A program made the translations under genes and the position numbers. DNA of 64,000 nucleotides from the human T2T-CHM13v2.0 reference genome, Homo sapiens: the NCBI RefSeq assembly GCF_009914755.1, contig NC_060935.1; one strand, 5' to 3'. Positions 13,171-27,149 of the stretch are shown piece by piece (positions within the stretch are counted from its first letter, which is position 1; each line of letters starts with the position of its first letter). The notes beneath the pieces were generated by a model, which was given only the letters and a program-made list of their open reading frames with translations, did not search any database and was not told where the DNA came from.

Positions 13171-13968
13171 ATCTCTCCCTTAAAAGATAGCTACTTAAAG
13201 AGAACAAGAACAAGTAATTTCTGCAAATGGTTATTTGTTAAAATCTTTTTTATTTTAGTGGATTTTTTTCTTCTTTGTGCTTCTTTTAGAGTTATGATAA
13301 GTTATTATTGGATGTCATTTAAGGTGACATCCTTAAATCTTCTGCCTTCTAGCAAGTTCAAACAGAGACATAACCCCCCTACCTTTTAAAACCACTGCCT
13401 TGCCACACCCATGGCCTTGTCTGCAGGTTGTGGCAAACCCTTCTGAACTCCTTCAAAGACCAAGGAACTATGTCTGCTCAGCCATCCAAACCATTTCAAT
13501 TTGCAAATAAATCCTACCTTTGGTAAAAAGCAGGGTGGTCTGTAGCTCTTGAAATCATGAAGCTTCTACTTTATTGTGAATAAAAGAATCTAGTTAAGAT
13601 GTAGCTTGGAAGTATGTGGAATAAATGATTATTTTTCACACATATTTCATCCTTAAAATTCTTGAAGGTCTTTCATTTTAATATAGCGTTTCTTTTTTAA
13701 TAGGAAAAATATCCAAAAGATCACCAATTAAAATTGATATTTCAGAAAATATGCTTTGTTTCCCTAAGACTTCATCTTTTCCCTCAAACACTAATGCATA
13801 TCCCAGCTTGAGAATTGTGGTTTTGTGTTGGAAAGATTCCCTTGCCCCAAGACCTTTTCTCTGGGGCCCAAAGAGAAAGTGAATTCTTGCCAGGAGATAT
13901 ATGAATGCACATATAAATATAAATATATGCAGGATATAAACTCTCCTTTGTTCAAGGAAGTTTCCAAA

Positions 13969-14001
13969 GATATATATGTGTGTGTGTATATATATATATA
14001 T
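13969..14001. repeat. (TA)n/(TG)n microsatellite
   Basis: tatatatgtgtgtgtgtatatatatatatatg. Confidence 0.85.
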
Positions 14002-14899
14002 GAAATCAAAATGATGAGAAAAATGGAAAAAAGGGAATAATAAAGCCAGCAGTGAAGTGAGTCTGTGAAATGTATATTTCCAAGACTTATGCACCGGCAT
14101 GAACAGCAATAGAAAAAGAGAAAATTTAATCAAACCCAGGGCAGCACAAAATGTGAGGGGATAATAGAGAAGAGATTCTCAATAACAACCTAGAGAAAAA
14201 GTACTTTTCTGAACAAAAAAAAGTGGTCACAAAAACTTCTAATAAACTTTCCACAGTTAAGATAGCAAATCCCATTTGATAAAAGGCCTTGATGTTAAAT
14301 AAATATAGAGCACTCTCAAAGTCGCTATTAGTCTCACTAATGAACTCTCAACTAAAGCCCTACTTTCTGCTACTGTCCTTAGAAAAAAACACTTGAACCT
14401 GGTTGAACTGATTAATCATCTGTTTCTTCTTTGGTACCTGATGAAAGATGGGTCCATAATCGAATAAGTATTACCCGGTTTGGGATCTTGAAAGTGTCAT
14501 ATTTGATTGGTCCACCTCTCCCTTTACCCACTGGGACGAGTGGTGGGAGGTGGTTCCATCTTGGCAGTAGAACAGCAATGCCAGTGTTCTACAGAACTGG
14601 CACCTGTATAGGGATGCTGAGCTCATTGTGGTGCCAACTTTGCATGCCCCACTACCTTTGTCCCTAATTACAATTTGCCTTTAGCTACTCATTTATAATA
14701 CAGTGTCCTGAAACACTGAAGCATAACAAGTTTCAGGAGAAATTCTGGCAGGAGTACAGATTGGCTTTCTGTGGTATATACAATACCCCAGGGGTGGCAG
14801 GTGAGGCTGTTAGAAGGATGAAAAATCCAGCAGTGTCTTTGTCAGTCTTTCTGTCAGGAAAAGACAGTGGCTGCTCAAGGCAAAACACATTAATCATTT

Positions 14900-15762
14900 A
14901 TAGAGAGACTCAAATTCCGTCTTCTCGTCTCATAAAATGGCACCAGAACCTACCCAATTACTTAGGCTGAAAAATCTAGGAGTCATGATCCTTTTTCATT
15001 TTTTCTCCCTCATACACCATATCCAAACCACAAGCATGTCCTGTCTTCTGTATCTCTGAAATCACTCTGAGTCCAAGCCCTTCTCTTTGCCTTTGCAGAT
15101 CTCACCATGATACAAGCACTATCCGTTCTTATCAGTCTACTAGAACTACCTTCTCAATGGTTACTCTGATTCTTTCTCTTGCTTCCTTAGGATACATCTT
15201 CCTCATCTTCCGCTAGTTATCTTTTTGAAATGTAAATTGGATCAAGTCACTCCTCTGCTTAAGAACCTAATGCCTTTCAAATAATATCTATAGTTCTCAC
15301 CGTGGTTTACAGTGCTCTGCAAAAATCTCACTTCTGCCCTACTTGCTGAATTCATCTTCTGCCCCCATTTTTGCCATATGCTAGACATACAGGGGTTTTT
15401 CCCAAGATTTTCCCCATTTCATAGGCTTTGCACTTTCTATTGCCTCTGCCCAGATCTTCCCATCTAGAAATTTATTCAAAGATTGCTTCTTTGCCCAAGA
15501 CTTTATTGATACACTTGTCCAGAATAATTTTATATTATATTATCCTCTTTTATTATCTCTATAACCCTTACCACTAACTGAAATCAACTTACTTATTTAT
15601 TTGCATTTATTTTCTGTCTCTTCTCTATTTTTCTGTCTAGAAAGTAGACTTCAACAGGCCAAGTTTTTAGTTCCAAAGCAGCCTGGATCAGTGCTTGAGA
15701 CATGATAGGCACCCGAAACACATTTGTTGAATGGATGTATGAATAAATGAATGAATGAATCA
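14900..15762 (+). mobile_element. L2 (L2a-like) 3' region
   Basis: aaaatctaggagtcat...tcaagtcactcctctgcttaa...catttgttgaatggatg(aatg)n tail. Confidence 0.85.
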
Positions 15763-16100
15763 ACTAATCAACTGGAACTCTGTTTTTGATTCTCTGACAG
15801 AAAAAAAAACCCTATCATCTTTAATTTCAAAGGTCTAACATGGTGATTAGAGTAGCAATGTGATATTTCTGGGACAAGTCCTTTAGGGGTAAAATTCTAG
15901 TGACAGATGAAATCATTCAGATAATTTGAAGGAAAGAATGAAGTTTCAGTCAGACTCCCATAACAGGATAGAACCTTTCATGGACTAACAGGAACATGCT
16001 TATGTACCTCCAGGATCAGAGCCTGGGATGGAAAAAATGATATAAATGAGTCCTTTCCTCCTCCTGATGCTTGCCCTAATCTGACTCTACAGAAGAGGAG

Positions 16101-16905
16101 ACATGGGTGGATTCTCTAGGAAACAGATTCTGAGATAGAGTTGGGCATCACTATGGTCTAAATGTTTGTGTCCACCAAAAATTCAAATGTTGAAGCCTAA
16201 TTACCCATGTGATTATGTTTAGGAAATGGGGACTTTGGGAGGTGATTAGGCCATCAGGGTGGAGCACTCATGAATGGGATTAGAAAGTCTTACAAAAGAG
16301 GCCCAGATTGCTGCCTGGCCTCTCCCACCAGGGAGGGACACAACCTGAAGGCACCATCTTTGAACCAGAGAGCAGCCCTCACCAGAAACCAAATCTGCCA
16401 GTGCCTTGATTTTGGACTTCCCGGCTCCCAGAACTATGAGAATTAAGTTCTTGTTGTTTATACGTCACCTAGTTTAAGGTATGTTTTTATAGCAGCCAGA
16501 AAAGACTAGGGTAAATATGTGGGAGGTTTATTAAGGAGTGCTATTGGGATCAACACCTGCAGAAGGGAAGAGAAGAAAGAATTGTGTGGGGGGAGAAGTT
16601 GAGCTGTGATTCAGTTTCGTTGGAGACCGCAGCCAACCCTAAAGGGAGTTTTGAAGCTGGACTGACCCTTCAGGGTTGTCCTGAAGGATAAGGAAGCCAA
16701 GATTTTATATTTCTACTTGGAGCAGTCATTAAATGTGAGCTGCTCTGGAAAGGGGCACAACTTTGGGCCAAACAGCCCTCTCGAGCAGAGGTAATCCCCA
16801 TAAGGGATGCTGGGTATCCCAGCCAGTAGCATTCCCAGCAGCTGGGAGGGTCAGTCAGTCATCTCTATGGTGGAATCTAGGTGATGCACCACTATGTCCA
16901 TCAGA
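16101..16905 (-). mobile_element. ERVL LTR (LTR16-family) split by MLT1A0
   Basis: ggaaacagattctgagatagag|...|gtttattaaggagtgctattgggatcaacacctg...cccagcagctggg...gcaccactatgtcca. Confidence 0.7.
16149..16513 (+). mobile_element. MaLR solo LTR MLT1A0-like
   Basis: ctatggtctaaatgtttgtgtcc...gggaggtgattagg...ttggacttcc...tatagcagcc. Confidence 0.88.
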
Positions 16906-17138
16906 GACCCAAATCCCAGAAAGGACTGAACTTAATCCTCTCTCACCAGGCACAGAAGGAATGAAGAATTTCTGCTCCCTGCTTTGAACCAACATTACAG
17001 AGACACATAGCAGTCTGGGGACATCCTAAAATATGACATTTAGCAGCTACTTTTATTTTTTTTTAAACTTTTGTTTTTCTTTAAGAATATAGATGGAATT
17101 CTTCTTACCTTTCATTTTCAGAAGTATCATCCCCCGCA

Positions 17139-17392
17139 ACTTTATTGAGATTGACAAATAAAAATTGTACATACTTAAGAAGTACAACGTTTCGATGTAT
17201 GCATCACAGTTAAGCTAATTAACGTCCGTCACCTCACATAGTTAGTGTGTGTGCATGTTGGTGTGTGTGTTAAGAACACACACCTAAGATCTATTCTTTC
17301 AGCAAATTTCAAATATACAAAATATTATTTCTAAACTGTAGTTACTATACTATATATTAGGTCTCCAGTACTTATTCATCTTAAAACTGAAA
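17139..17392 (-). mobile_element. L1MA (L1MA9-like) 3' end
   Basis: ctttattgag...ttgacaaataaaaattgtacatac...cttattcatcttaaaactgaaag. Confidence 0.85.
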
Positions 17393-17400
17393 GGGCTGGA

Positions 17401-17662
17401 GGCCGAGGCCAGCAGATCACAAGGTCAGGAGTTCGAGACCAGACTGGCCAACACAGTGAAACCCTGTCTCTACTAAAAATACAAAAATTAGCGGGGCGTG
17501 GTGGCAGGCGCCTGTAATTCCAGCTACTAAGGAGGCTGAGGCAGGAGAATCAATTGAACCTGGGAGGCGGAGGTTGTAGTCAGTCAAGATCACATCACTG
17601 CACTCCAGCCTGGGTGACAGAACTAGACTCCATCTCAAAAAAGCAACAACAACAACAAAAAG
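17401..17662 (+). mobile_element. 5'-truncated AluS (Sg-like) with 18-bp perfect TSD
   Basis: TSD aaaactgaaagggctgga at 17383-17400 and 17663-17680; (CAA)n tail. Confidence 0.95.
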
Positions 17663-17672
17663 AAAACTGAAA

Positions 17673-17725
17673 GGGCTGGATGATAGGGAAAATGGGGAGA
17701 TTTGGGTCAAAGGGTACAAACTTCC
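17673..17725 (+). mobile_element. Inverted 5' piece of the same L1MA element
   Basis: ggaaaatggggagatttgggtcaaagggtacaaactt lies immediately upstream of the minus-strand piece in the L1MA 3' UTR consensus. Confidence 0.7.
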
Positions 17726-18167
17726 AGCAGCTGCTTTTAAAAAGAGAGGTTTTGTTCTTACTTTGTTTTTGGTTGCTGTTGATTTTGTTTATTTTAGCTT
17801 GTTTGTTTTCCCTTTAGGACATAGAAAGCATTTTCTCTTTGCTGTTTCAGACTGTAGCTAAGCTCTTTTCAATCTAAATCCATGTCTTTAAAATTGAGTC
17901 TTCTCATTAAAATGACTCTCTTCCATCCATACTAAGCTAGGTTACTTCAGGTTCTCTAGGACACAAAAGAGTGTATCTAAAAGGAATACTTTCTCTAAAC
18001 TCAGGAATGACCAAACTAGTTACAGGAGTCGACCTGAGAAAATCTATGATGAATATACTTCTAAAGTTCTGATAAAAGGAAGTAATTAAATCAACCTGCC
18101 TTACTCATATTATTTGCTCTGCTCTTTTTCTTAAATTCACTCTTATGTCTCTGACAATTTCTATTTC

Positions 18168-18717
<550 letters not shown>

Positions 18718-19619
18718 TTACTAATAAGACAACACTCTCAGTGATGTATTCTTATAAGCAATAAAAATAATGTAATTTGAGCAATAGCTTAAAGACAAGG
18801 CTTTTGCCTTTCACAACTCCTGGGGACTCCATTCACAAAAACACAGTGGAGTTATGCTCCAGAGGTCCCGTTCATGTTGTATTCTCTCCCCTGAGAATGG
18901 TGCTGCTAGATTGGTACAAGAGGTGGCTCCGTCAAAGAAAATACAAACATCTCAGTATCATTTAAATGTCTGCATCTTCACTCAACTGCTGCAAACACTG
19001 GTTTCTTTTTATGTAGAGAACGGCAACTATGTTTCTCTCATCAGTAAAGTTACAAGCCTTTTTTCCCAGTTCCAGGTGTAGCCCATTCCCCGATACACTC
19101 CAGGGAAATCTTTTATCTCCACCCCACCCCATTCACACCACGTTACCCAGTACATAAACTCTTCCCAATTTCTCCCCAAAGGCACCTTGAACCCTGCTGC
19201 CATCTTTCCCGGATGAGTTGAGCCTCTCCTTTAATGGAGGTGTGAAGAAATTATTTGTATTTTCTTTCTTTTAAGCTATTCACTCGAAAGTTTCTCAGTT
19301 ACAGACTGTTTCCTCTAACTGGCAACCTCTAGCTTCTTTGATGGGTCAAGCTCTTTAGAATATTTGTAAACCATCAAACAAAACACGACATGTTATGAAT
19401 AAGGTTACACAGTTTTACCACAATTACAATGTGCCCAACCTAAGGAAACTGTTTCCTGCCTAGGGTTAGGTCAAGAAAGGAACCATATTCACATTTGCTA
19501 TGAAAAACTCCATTCTGAAGAGCAGCTGTGTAAATTAATCTCTCTTTTGGTCAAACAAAGAGACTTTGTATTTGTACAAACAGATTTTTAGAAGATATGA
19601 TTGTGTATTTGAAATACAT

Positions 19620-19812
19620 CAGATACTGTACCAAATGTGCTACTTGCATGAACTCATTTAATTCTTATTAAAAACCAGAAAAGAAGTAGCATTAGTCTGC
19701 CCAGTCTACAGATGAGGAAACTGAGAAACGGTTACTTTTTGGAAATCACATAGCAAGTAATTGGCGGGGGCCACAATTTGTACGCAGATCTGTATGATTC
19801 CAGAATCATAAT
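19620..19812 (-). mobile_element. MIR
   Basis: tacagatgaggaaactgaga core. Confidence 0.8.
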
Positions 19813-20459
19813 TAACCACAAAATTATACTTTCTAGAACAAGAATGCAGCCTATATTGTGAGATTTTGTTTTCAGGTATCACAAGGTTTCACCTGCCCCT
19901 AAGATATCTTTTCTCAGCCTTGCTTTTAAAAATTGATGTTATTATACAAATTACTTGAGTTGGGACCGTATTATTAGATAGCCATCACTAAAGCAGAAAT
20001 ATAGCCTGAGAGCAACCAGGCTTTTTCCCCCTTTACACACAAGCACCACTAGAAAACATTCCTGGAATAGTTTAGGAAATAAATCGGTCTAATCCTGAAA
20101 TGCAGAGAATCAGAGGCCTCAGGAAAGGGGATTTAGGATTACTGGTCAACTTTGATTAGGAAATGAAAGGAAAGTTCTGAAGATTAAATCATTGATTAAA
20201 TTTCACCGAACATCTCTGGGCAGCTATAATTAGCAAACATGATTTTAGAAGTAGAATTAGAGGAAGGGACACATAATGTCAAGTCAGGAGATGTGCTGCC
20301 CAGGACACATTTAGCTTACTTTACCATTTTACTTCCTTCTTCACAGTCTTCTTTCTAATTGGACATTCAGAAAGGAACATGTCATGCACAGCTTCAAGCT
20401 TTCCGATGGGTTGCCAGTGAGCCTCTTTCTCCAGATTTGGCAATTAAATGCTTAGTGAA

Positions 20460-20746
20460 TACTTAAAATGTGTCCCCACCCTCTCGTAGACTAGTCCCCC
20501 ATCGCACTTTATCCCCTATGCTGCTTCTCCAGTGCTCACAACATTATCTGAAACCATATCCTATTATGTTGTATTAAATTATGTTTTACCATGTTATTTA
20601 TTTATTTATTTATTATATGTCTCTCTGGAGAGTAGATTCCATGAGAAATAGCTTCATCAACTTTGTTCACCCCTGCATTACTAACTTGTAAAATGGTCCC
20701 TGAAATATAGTAGCCACTCAATACACATTTGTTAAATGAATGAATC
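20460..20746 (+). mobile_element. L2 3' end
   Basis: atagtagccactcaatacacatttgttaaatgaatgaat. Confidence 0.75.
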
Positions 20747-20785
20747 AGCTATGGTATGGACTGCTGTGAGAGGTATTGAGGGAGT

Positions 20786-21030
20786 TAATATATAGCATTA
20801 TTTAGTGCTTACTGTCTCCTAGGCCTGTTCCACACAGTTCACATCGATTAACTGCTTTAATATTCATTACCTTTCTATGAGATAGATATCATTACTAGCC
20901 TCATTTTACAGATAAAGAAAGTGAAGTACAGAGAAGTTAGGTAACTTGCTCAGTGTTGCACACCTAGAAAGTGTCAAAGCCACACTGGAACGCAGATCAT
21001 CTGGCTTCAGGGTTCTGTTAAACTTTATGA
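20786..21030 (-). mobile_element. MIR (near full length)
   Basis: cattttacagataaagaaagtgaagtacagagaagttaggtaacttgctc. Confidence 0.85.
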
Positions 21031-22162
21031 TAAAATAAGACAAGACACTACCGATTTGAGAAGAAAAGTCTTGCCCACACAAAAAAATAAAGAAGTTCAC
21101 AGTGAATAACAAATGAAGGTTTAATCAATACGTTTTCTAAGGCTGAGAGGAGAGAAGGTTCCCAGAAGACCAAAGTTGCCGAGGAAGGGCTCATAAAGAA
21201 TCCGAGATTTCGACTGGTTCTTGAATAATGTTTTGGCTAGTGATGAAGGTATCTTATCACTGAAGCCCCAGTGATTACAGTAAAAAAAAAAAAAAAAGCA
21301 AGTTCCAGTAAAGACGTAAGGGATCCATGATTCTATGACACACAGACATCTTTTTGAAGGTTCTGTTGGCCTTGGCTTTAATATATTTACTGATGTTTAT
21401 AAGAAAGCAGGGAAATGAGAGAACAAAGAGTAAGGGCATGATGATGTCATTCTTCTGAGATGGTTCTGGAGAGGATGGCATTGCTTCTGGGACACCAGTA
21501 GCCCAGAAGTCAGGAATTCCCCCTGGAGAAAGCAGGATTATCCAGAAACAATCACTCTGCCTCCCCACTCTGTCTTCCGCAATGAGAATTGAGCTACTGA
21601 TACCAGAGTGTTTAGAAAGTCAGAGCTTTCTTAATAAAGACTCCTCTGCACTGGTTGGGAATTTCCCCAGTGAAGTCTAAGTTTCAATACCTGATTCCCC
21701 ACTGATTGCTGTGATGATTATCAGGATGTCAAAAGATTGGCATTCCTGTCACTGAGAACTGGGTTGCTCATTTTCTCCTGAGTTGGGGTCTTCAAAGTCA
21801 TCTTAAGCACTGCAGGGTTTCAACGAGCTGGAAAATGTGTGAGAAAACAACATCCAAGTCGTGGCTCCCATTTTTGACATCTGCATTCAAGACTGGGCCA
21901 CAGGACTCCAGTGGTGGTTCTTTCAATCCCTTCTATTCATCAGGGCAGCAGGATTCGTGATTCAATGAGCTACGAATTACAATCCTTTCTCTAGAAAATT
22001 GGTTTTTGAAAGTGCCTACTGGGTATGACTAAGAGGTTTTGTGCACTGGGGTTTCAGTTGATGTTTGTATTTTTTCTTATTATGACTTGAAGGAAAAAAC
22101 CAGAATCTAAAATTAGCCCTTGTTTTTTCAACTTGGAACTTCATAAACACATCAGCAGTGGG

Positions 22163-22184
22163 GTGTGTGTGTGTGTGTGTGTGT
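22163..22184. repeat. (GT)11 microsatellite
   Basis: direct reading. Confidence 0.9.
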
Positions 22185-22464
22185 TTTGCAATAAGCAATA
22201 TTACAATTTCTTGACATTTTCATTGCTGTTTCTTGACATATTTAGTGAGGCTTTAAAGGTTTCTTTAGACAGAAAAAAAAAAGAAAAAAATGGCTATGTT
22301 CCAAATCACCATATGTTTCCAATTGCAAATTCAAAAGCAGAAGACAGGCCTTAACTTAAGCTGTACAGCCTTTTGTGGTGGTTATGGTGCTGGGGAGGTA
22401 GGTTGTCTTTTTACATTTAGTTATTAGAATTTCAGTGTTACCCAATGACATAAAAGGAAAATAA

Positions 22465-22900
22465 AGCATTTAGCAAATATTTGTTGAGTGCCATCTATGT
22501 GTAAGACACTGGGTCAGGGAGGGTGCAATCTAGTTGGGGATACAAAATATTAAAGAAAGCAAATGTTCAAAACGGGATGATAAACGGATAGCTTTCAGCC
22601 ATAAGTTCTCCAGGAGATCAAAGAGTTAGGAGCTGACCTGGTAAAAGAACGATTCATAGAAGAGGTAAAATTGAGCTGAGTCTTGAAGAAGGATAATAGG
22701 ACATTTCAGGTGAAAGGAACTATAGAGTCAAAGTCACAGTGATGGAGCTGTGCATGCACATTCAGATTGGTGACTGCATCTGTGAGGTTGGAACTGATGC
22801 AGTTTCATAAGAATGAGGAAGTTTCCATAAGAATGGGGAAGGAATCATGGAGAAAGATGGGAAAATCAAGTAGAAGTCACATTATGATAAACTGGAGTGA
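22465..22900 (-). mobile_element. L2 fragment
   Basis: catttagcaaatatttgttgagtgccatctatgtg...ttgagctgagtcttgaaga. Confidence 0.7.
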
Positions 22901-22914
22901 CAGGCTTGGTGTAC

Positions 22915-23110
22915 CATTATTATTGTTGTTTAGATTGTATTTAGTCCAAACAACAATTACTTGCATTGGGTACTGATTATAAGCCCCATTCTATAGATAA
23001 GGAAACTAAAGCTCATAGAGGCTAAGAAGTTGCCCAAAGTCAAATAATGAATTATTTGGTTAACCCAGATTTGAACTAAAGTCTGTTGGATTCCAACTCC
23101 TCTTAATCTT
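22915..23110 (-). mobile_element. MIR
   Basis: cccattctatagataaggaaactaaagctcatagaggctaagaagttgcccaaagtca. Confidence 0.8.
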
Positions 23111-23599
23111 TCTAGCTTAAGTGGTTAGGCAGGCTTGAGTGATAACTGCTGTCAGCCAGTAGTTGATATTCCAGCAAGAATAATGATGTTTTTAACCAGG
23201 ATGAGGAAATTAGGATGAGTAAACTAAAGAGTAGCTGCCTAGAACTAAGGTGACCAGAGGGCATGGTGGAAGTAGCAAGACCCCTAGAGCTGGCATGCTC
23301 TTGATGCATCCTCAGAAGGAACCTTATCACTTACAGCTGGAGTTCTTAGCCTCAGAGTCGGACAGTTCTTCCATATGAATGTCCCCGGCAAGCATTTATT
23401 AAAGAACAGATGCAGGGTAGGGAGTCAGAATAGTTGAGGGCACTTGGAGCCATAAAGGCCAAACATGTCCCATTTGAGTAACTGTTCTCCTCGGAGCACT
23501 TAACGATTTCTAAGACTGAGGTTCTTGAGTTGAATCAAGTTATCAAATGCTCCAAGGCACTGTAAGTCACTGAGGTGATAGGGAGCTAGGGCCTTAGAG

Positions 23600-24060
23600 G
23601 CCACTGTGTTTGCAGGTAACATGTATCTAATTGTAAACAGGATTGTTTCATGTTACAGAAAAACAAGGAGCTGAAGTGGCTTCATCCATAGCTAGATCCA
23701 GGTACTCAAAAAACAAATGTCATTTGTCTTTCTCCATCTCTTGGCTCTATTGTCCTCAACATTGCTTTATTCTCAGGCCAGTTCTTCAAATGGCAGCAAA
23801 TATAATTAAGAGCACCTCCAGGCTTAACATCTTTCAGTCCACCTACCCCAAAGACAGGAGGGTGGTGTGATTTATGGAGTACTTCTTCCTCTAAAGAGGC
23901 AGAAAGATTCCCAACATTAGGTTCAGGACCCAACTTAAGAGTTAGGAGATGAGCCCAGCTACATCCAAACTCCATGGTAAGAGAGTGAGAAATGGATGGT
24001 TCTCCAGGGGAAATTAGGTCACTGCTACTAAAGAACAATGGTTACTGGGCAGCTGTCATA
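23600..24060 (-). mobile_element. Old MaLR LTR (MLT1K/L-like)
   Basis: gatccaggtactcaa...ctccatctcttggctct...ctttattctcagg. Confidence 0.55.
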
Positions 24061-24457
24061 ACAATGTCGTGATAATTCAACAGTGTTGAAGGCACTGTTG
24101 GTATGAAGAGTAGAGAAAGAGCAAGAAGAATAGGAAAAAGAGAGTCAGCTACATGTATAACAGAGCAGGAATGGCTTCTGGATTTCCTATTTTCTATGGT
24201 AGGCCTGAGCCTAAGAATATCTTCTCTGGTTCTGTCTCTCACAACTTCCCTGCTATTCCCCTTGTTCCAGCCTTGCGAAACACACTGGGCTCCATCACAC
24301 ATCCAGGCCTTTGCACCAGCTGCTCCTCTTTCTGGAATTCAGACCCACACCATCCACTCCGATATCCACCTGGTAAGTTTGTACTTTCACATCTGGAAAC
24401 GTTATCTCCCAGCAGAGCATCAGACATTCTTTTCTGTCTGCTCCCATAGCAATTTAA

Positions 24458-24512
24458 CTTTCTTCTTCTTTTTTTTCTTTCCTCTTCCTCCTCTTCCTCT
24501 TTCTTCTTCTTT
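24458..24512. repeat. CT-rich low-complexity tract
   Basis: ttcttctttttttctttcctcttcctcctcttcctctttcttcttc. Confidence 0.8.
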
Positions 24513-25604
24513 GAGTGACGATTGCTTTTTGTAGGTTTGCTTGGGGAACATTAGGCCACCTTGATAGGTTCTAATAGTATATTGAATAAATTGTTTTATG
24601 ATGCCATCTGTGAGGGGACAAGAAAAATGCAGCTCCTTCCTTGCAGCTGATGTGTCATAGACCCTACACATAGACATGCATACATGTGAGAATTAATATG
24701 GACCCTTCATAAAGTCCTATAGCAAGTTCTGTGACCTGATTTTCTGCTCAGTTTTCTCAGAGGCCCAACTCTGTATTCCTCATGGAGCATAAATGTCTTT
24801 TAGAGAGATATCAAAATTTAAAATTTTCTAGAACTTTTTAACAAGATTAATTTAGATTCTTTTCTTACTGCTATGGCTCAGTGCTAAGTAACCCTTTGAG
24901 TTCCCTTCTAGCCGCATTTGAAGTGACTCGATCTTCCTCACAAAAGCTGCCTAATCAGATATCATAATTTCAAAGACCATTAGGGAAGACTTTAAAAGAT
25001 GGCAGAATATTCCAGGTTCCAGGCTTGTCACCATGAAAGTCAATAGCCACTGTTAGGTAAGCCAGCTTATTCCACACAAAAGACCACAGGCAAGCCTTCT
25101 TGGGATTAATAATTTTGCCATTACTTTTTACAATGTGGCATATTTAAAACAGGAATAGTCAGACACTTTATAACGCTACTTTATACGGCCACTGACACCC
25201 TCCCAAGCCTTACCTCTTCACTGGCCAGAACTCTCACCTTTTGTAACTTGCAAGAATTGTGACAGTGAGCTTGCCAAGCTCCCAGAATGCAGCAAGTCCT
25301 GCCCAACCAGCCTGTCGGAGAGTGAGGTGATTTATAAGCCAGAGTATGAGGGAACCAAAAATCAAAACAGAAGGGAAAGCCTCTGAGGAGGACAGCTAAA
25401 AATAGCTTTCCTTCACCATTCTGTGATACTCGGGGGCAGCCTTAGCAAATAGCCTGCTGCCTTGCTCCTGCAGAAGCCCACTCCATAGTCACAACAGGCA
25501 CTGACAATCCATCAGGGCATTCCTTCTCCCAGGACCTGAGCTGGGGCTCACCATCCTTCTCATCACAGCCAAACACTTCAGGAGGCACGTGAAATGAAAC
25601 CCAT

Positions 25605-26038
25605 TGACCAGGGTTTGAATATCCCTTCCAAAACTTATGTTGAAACTTGCTGTTGGAGATTCATGTTGCATCCCTGGCAATATTGAGAGGTGTGCCTTTA
25701 AGTGGTGTTTGGATCATAAGGGCTCTGCCCTCATAAGTGAATTAATCCATTCATAGATTAATGGATTAATGGGTTATCAGGAGAAGAGAACTGATGCCTT
25801 CATAGGAGGAAGAGGGACTTGAGATAGCATGTGAGCACCCTCAACCCACTTGCCATGTGATGCCCTGCACCACTGTGGGACTCTGTAGAGTCCCCCACCA
25901 GCAAGAAGGCCCTCACCAGATGCACACTGTCAACCTTGAACTTCCCAGCCTCCATAACTGTAATAACTAAATCTCATTTCTTGTAAATTACTCAGTTCCA
26001 GGTATGTTGTTTTAAGTAACAGAAGATGGGCTAATACA
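25605..26038 (+). mobile_element. MaLR solo LTR MSTB-like
   Basis: gtttgaatatcccttccaaaacttatgttgaaac...gattaatggattaatgggttatca...cttcccagcctcca...ctaataca. Confidence 0.88.
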
Positions 26039-26364
26039 CAATTCTTCTCTTAGAATACTTTTCTATGGCTTTCTTTTGTGTTCTAGTATAAATTTTTCCT
26101 AGTCTAGCCAAATTTCACTGATTCTCTATTAATAATTTCTCCTCTCTAAATTCTACCTGAGACTGTTCAGCATTCCACACAACTTAGAATTGATTTGCCC
26201 TCTGTTTATGCTAAGGCTTTGCACCAAGAGTGTAAGGATCTTAATGTGCTCTTCTGCATCCATAGCTTTCACTGTACCAGCCAGATTACATATACACAAA
26301 TAACTTACTGTTTGGTTTCATAAGTTTTGGATGAATAATTTAGCTGCTGAGTAAGGGGGAAGTA

Positions 26365-26522
26365 ACTAACATTTATTTACCAATAGCTGTGTACTAGGTA
26401 GGATGCTAATTAACTGCTTTACATACATTATCTAATTTAATACTTACTGCAGAACTTTGAGGTGTTATCATCCCCATTTTTACAGGTTAAGAAACTGAAG
26501 GTCAGAGAATTTACAAAACTTA
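26365..26522 (-). mobile_element. MIR
   Basis: tccccatttttacaggttaagaaactgaaggtcagaga. Confidence 0.8.
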
Positions 26523-26713
26523 GTAGTATAAAATATACCCCAGAAGAACTAATAGACTTAGGAAGAGATGGCAGTACTCAAAGAAGCCCCTCATGAAAAA
26601 TTGTGATATATAAGACAACTCCGTGTGTTCACAAATGAAACTCAGTTTACTTGATAAGTTCCATATTCTGATAATGAAAGAGAAAAGAATAGTTTAAATC
26701 AGAATTGCCATGA

Positions 26714-27024
<311 letters not shown>

Positions 27025-27149
27025 AGAATTGCCATAGAAAATTCAGGAAATGTGGCAACTGCAATAACAGAGAAATTAAAAGCTCTGTACTGTCGATGGT
27101 TAAAAATGTGCATTTTTATATGTTCATTTTTTTCCAACAAAGATGAATA

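Noticed and set aside
14431-14667. Unique GC-moderate 78-aa ORF as an exon or processed pseudogene
   Set aside because: No recognisable protein similarity, convincing splice pair, poly(A) or TSD
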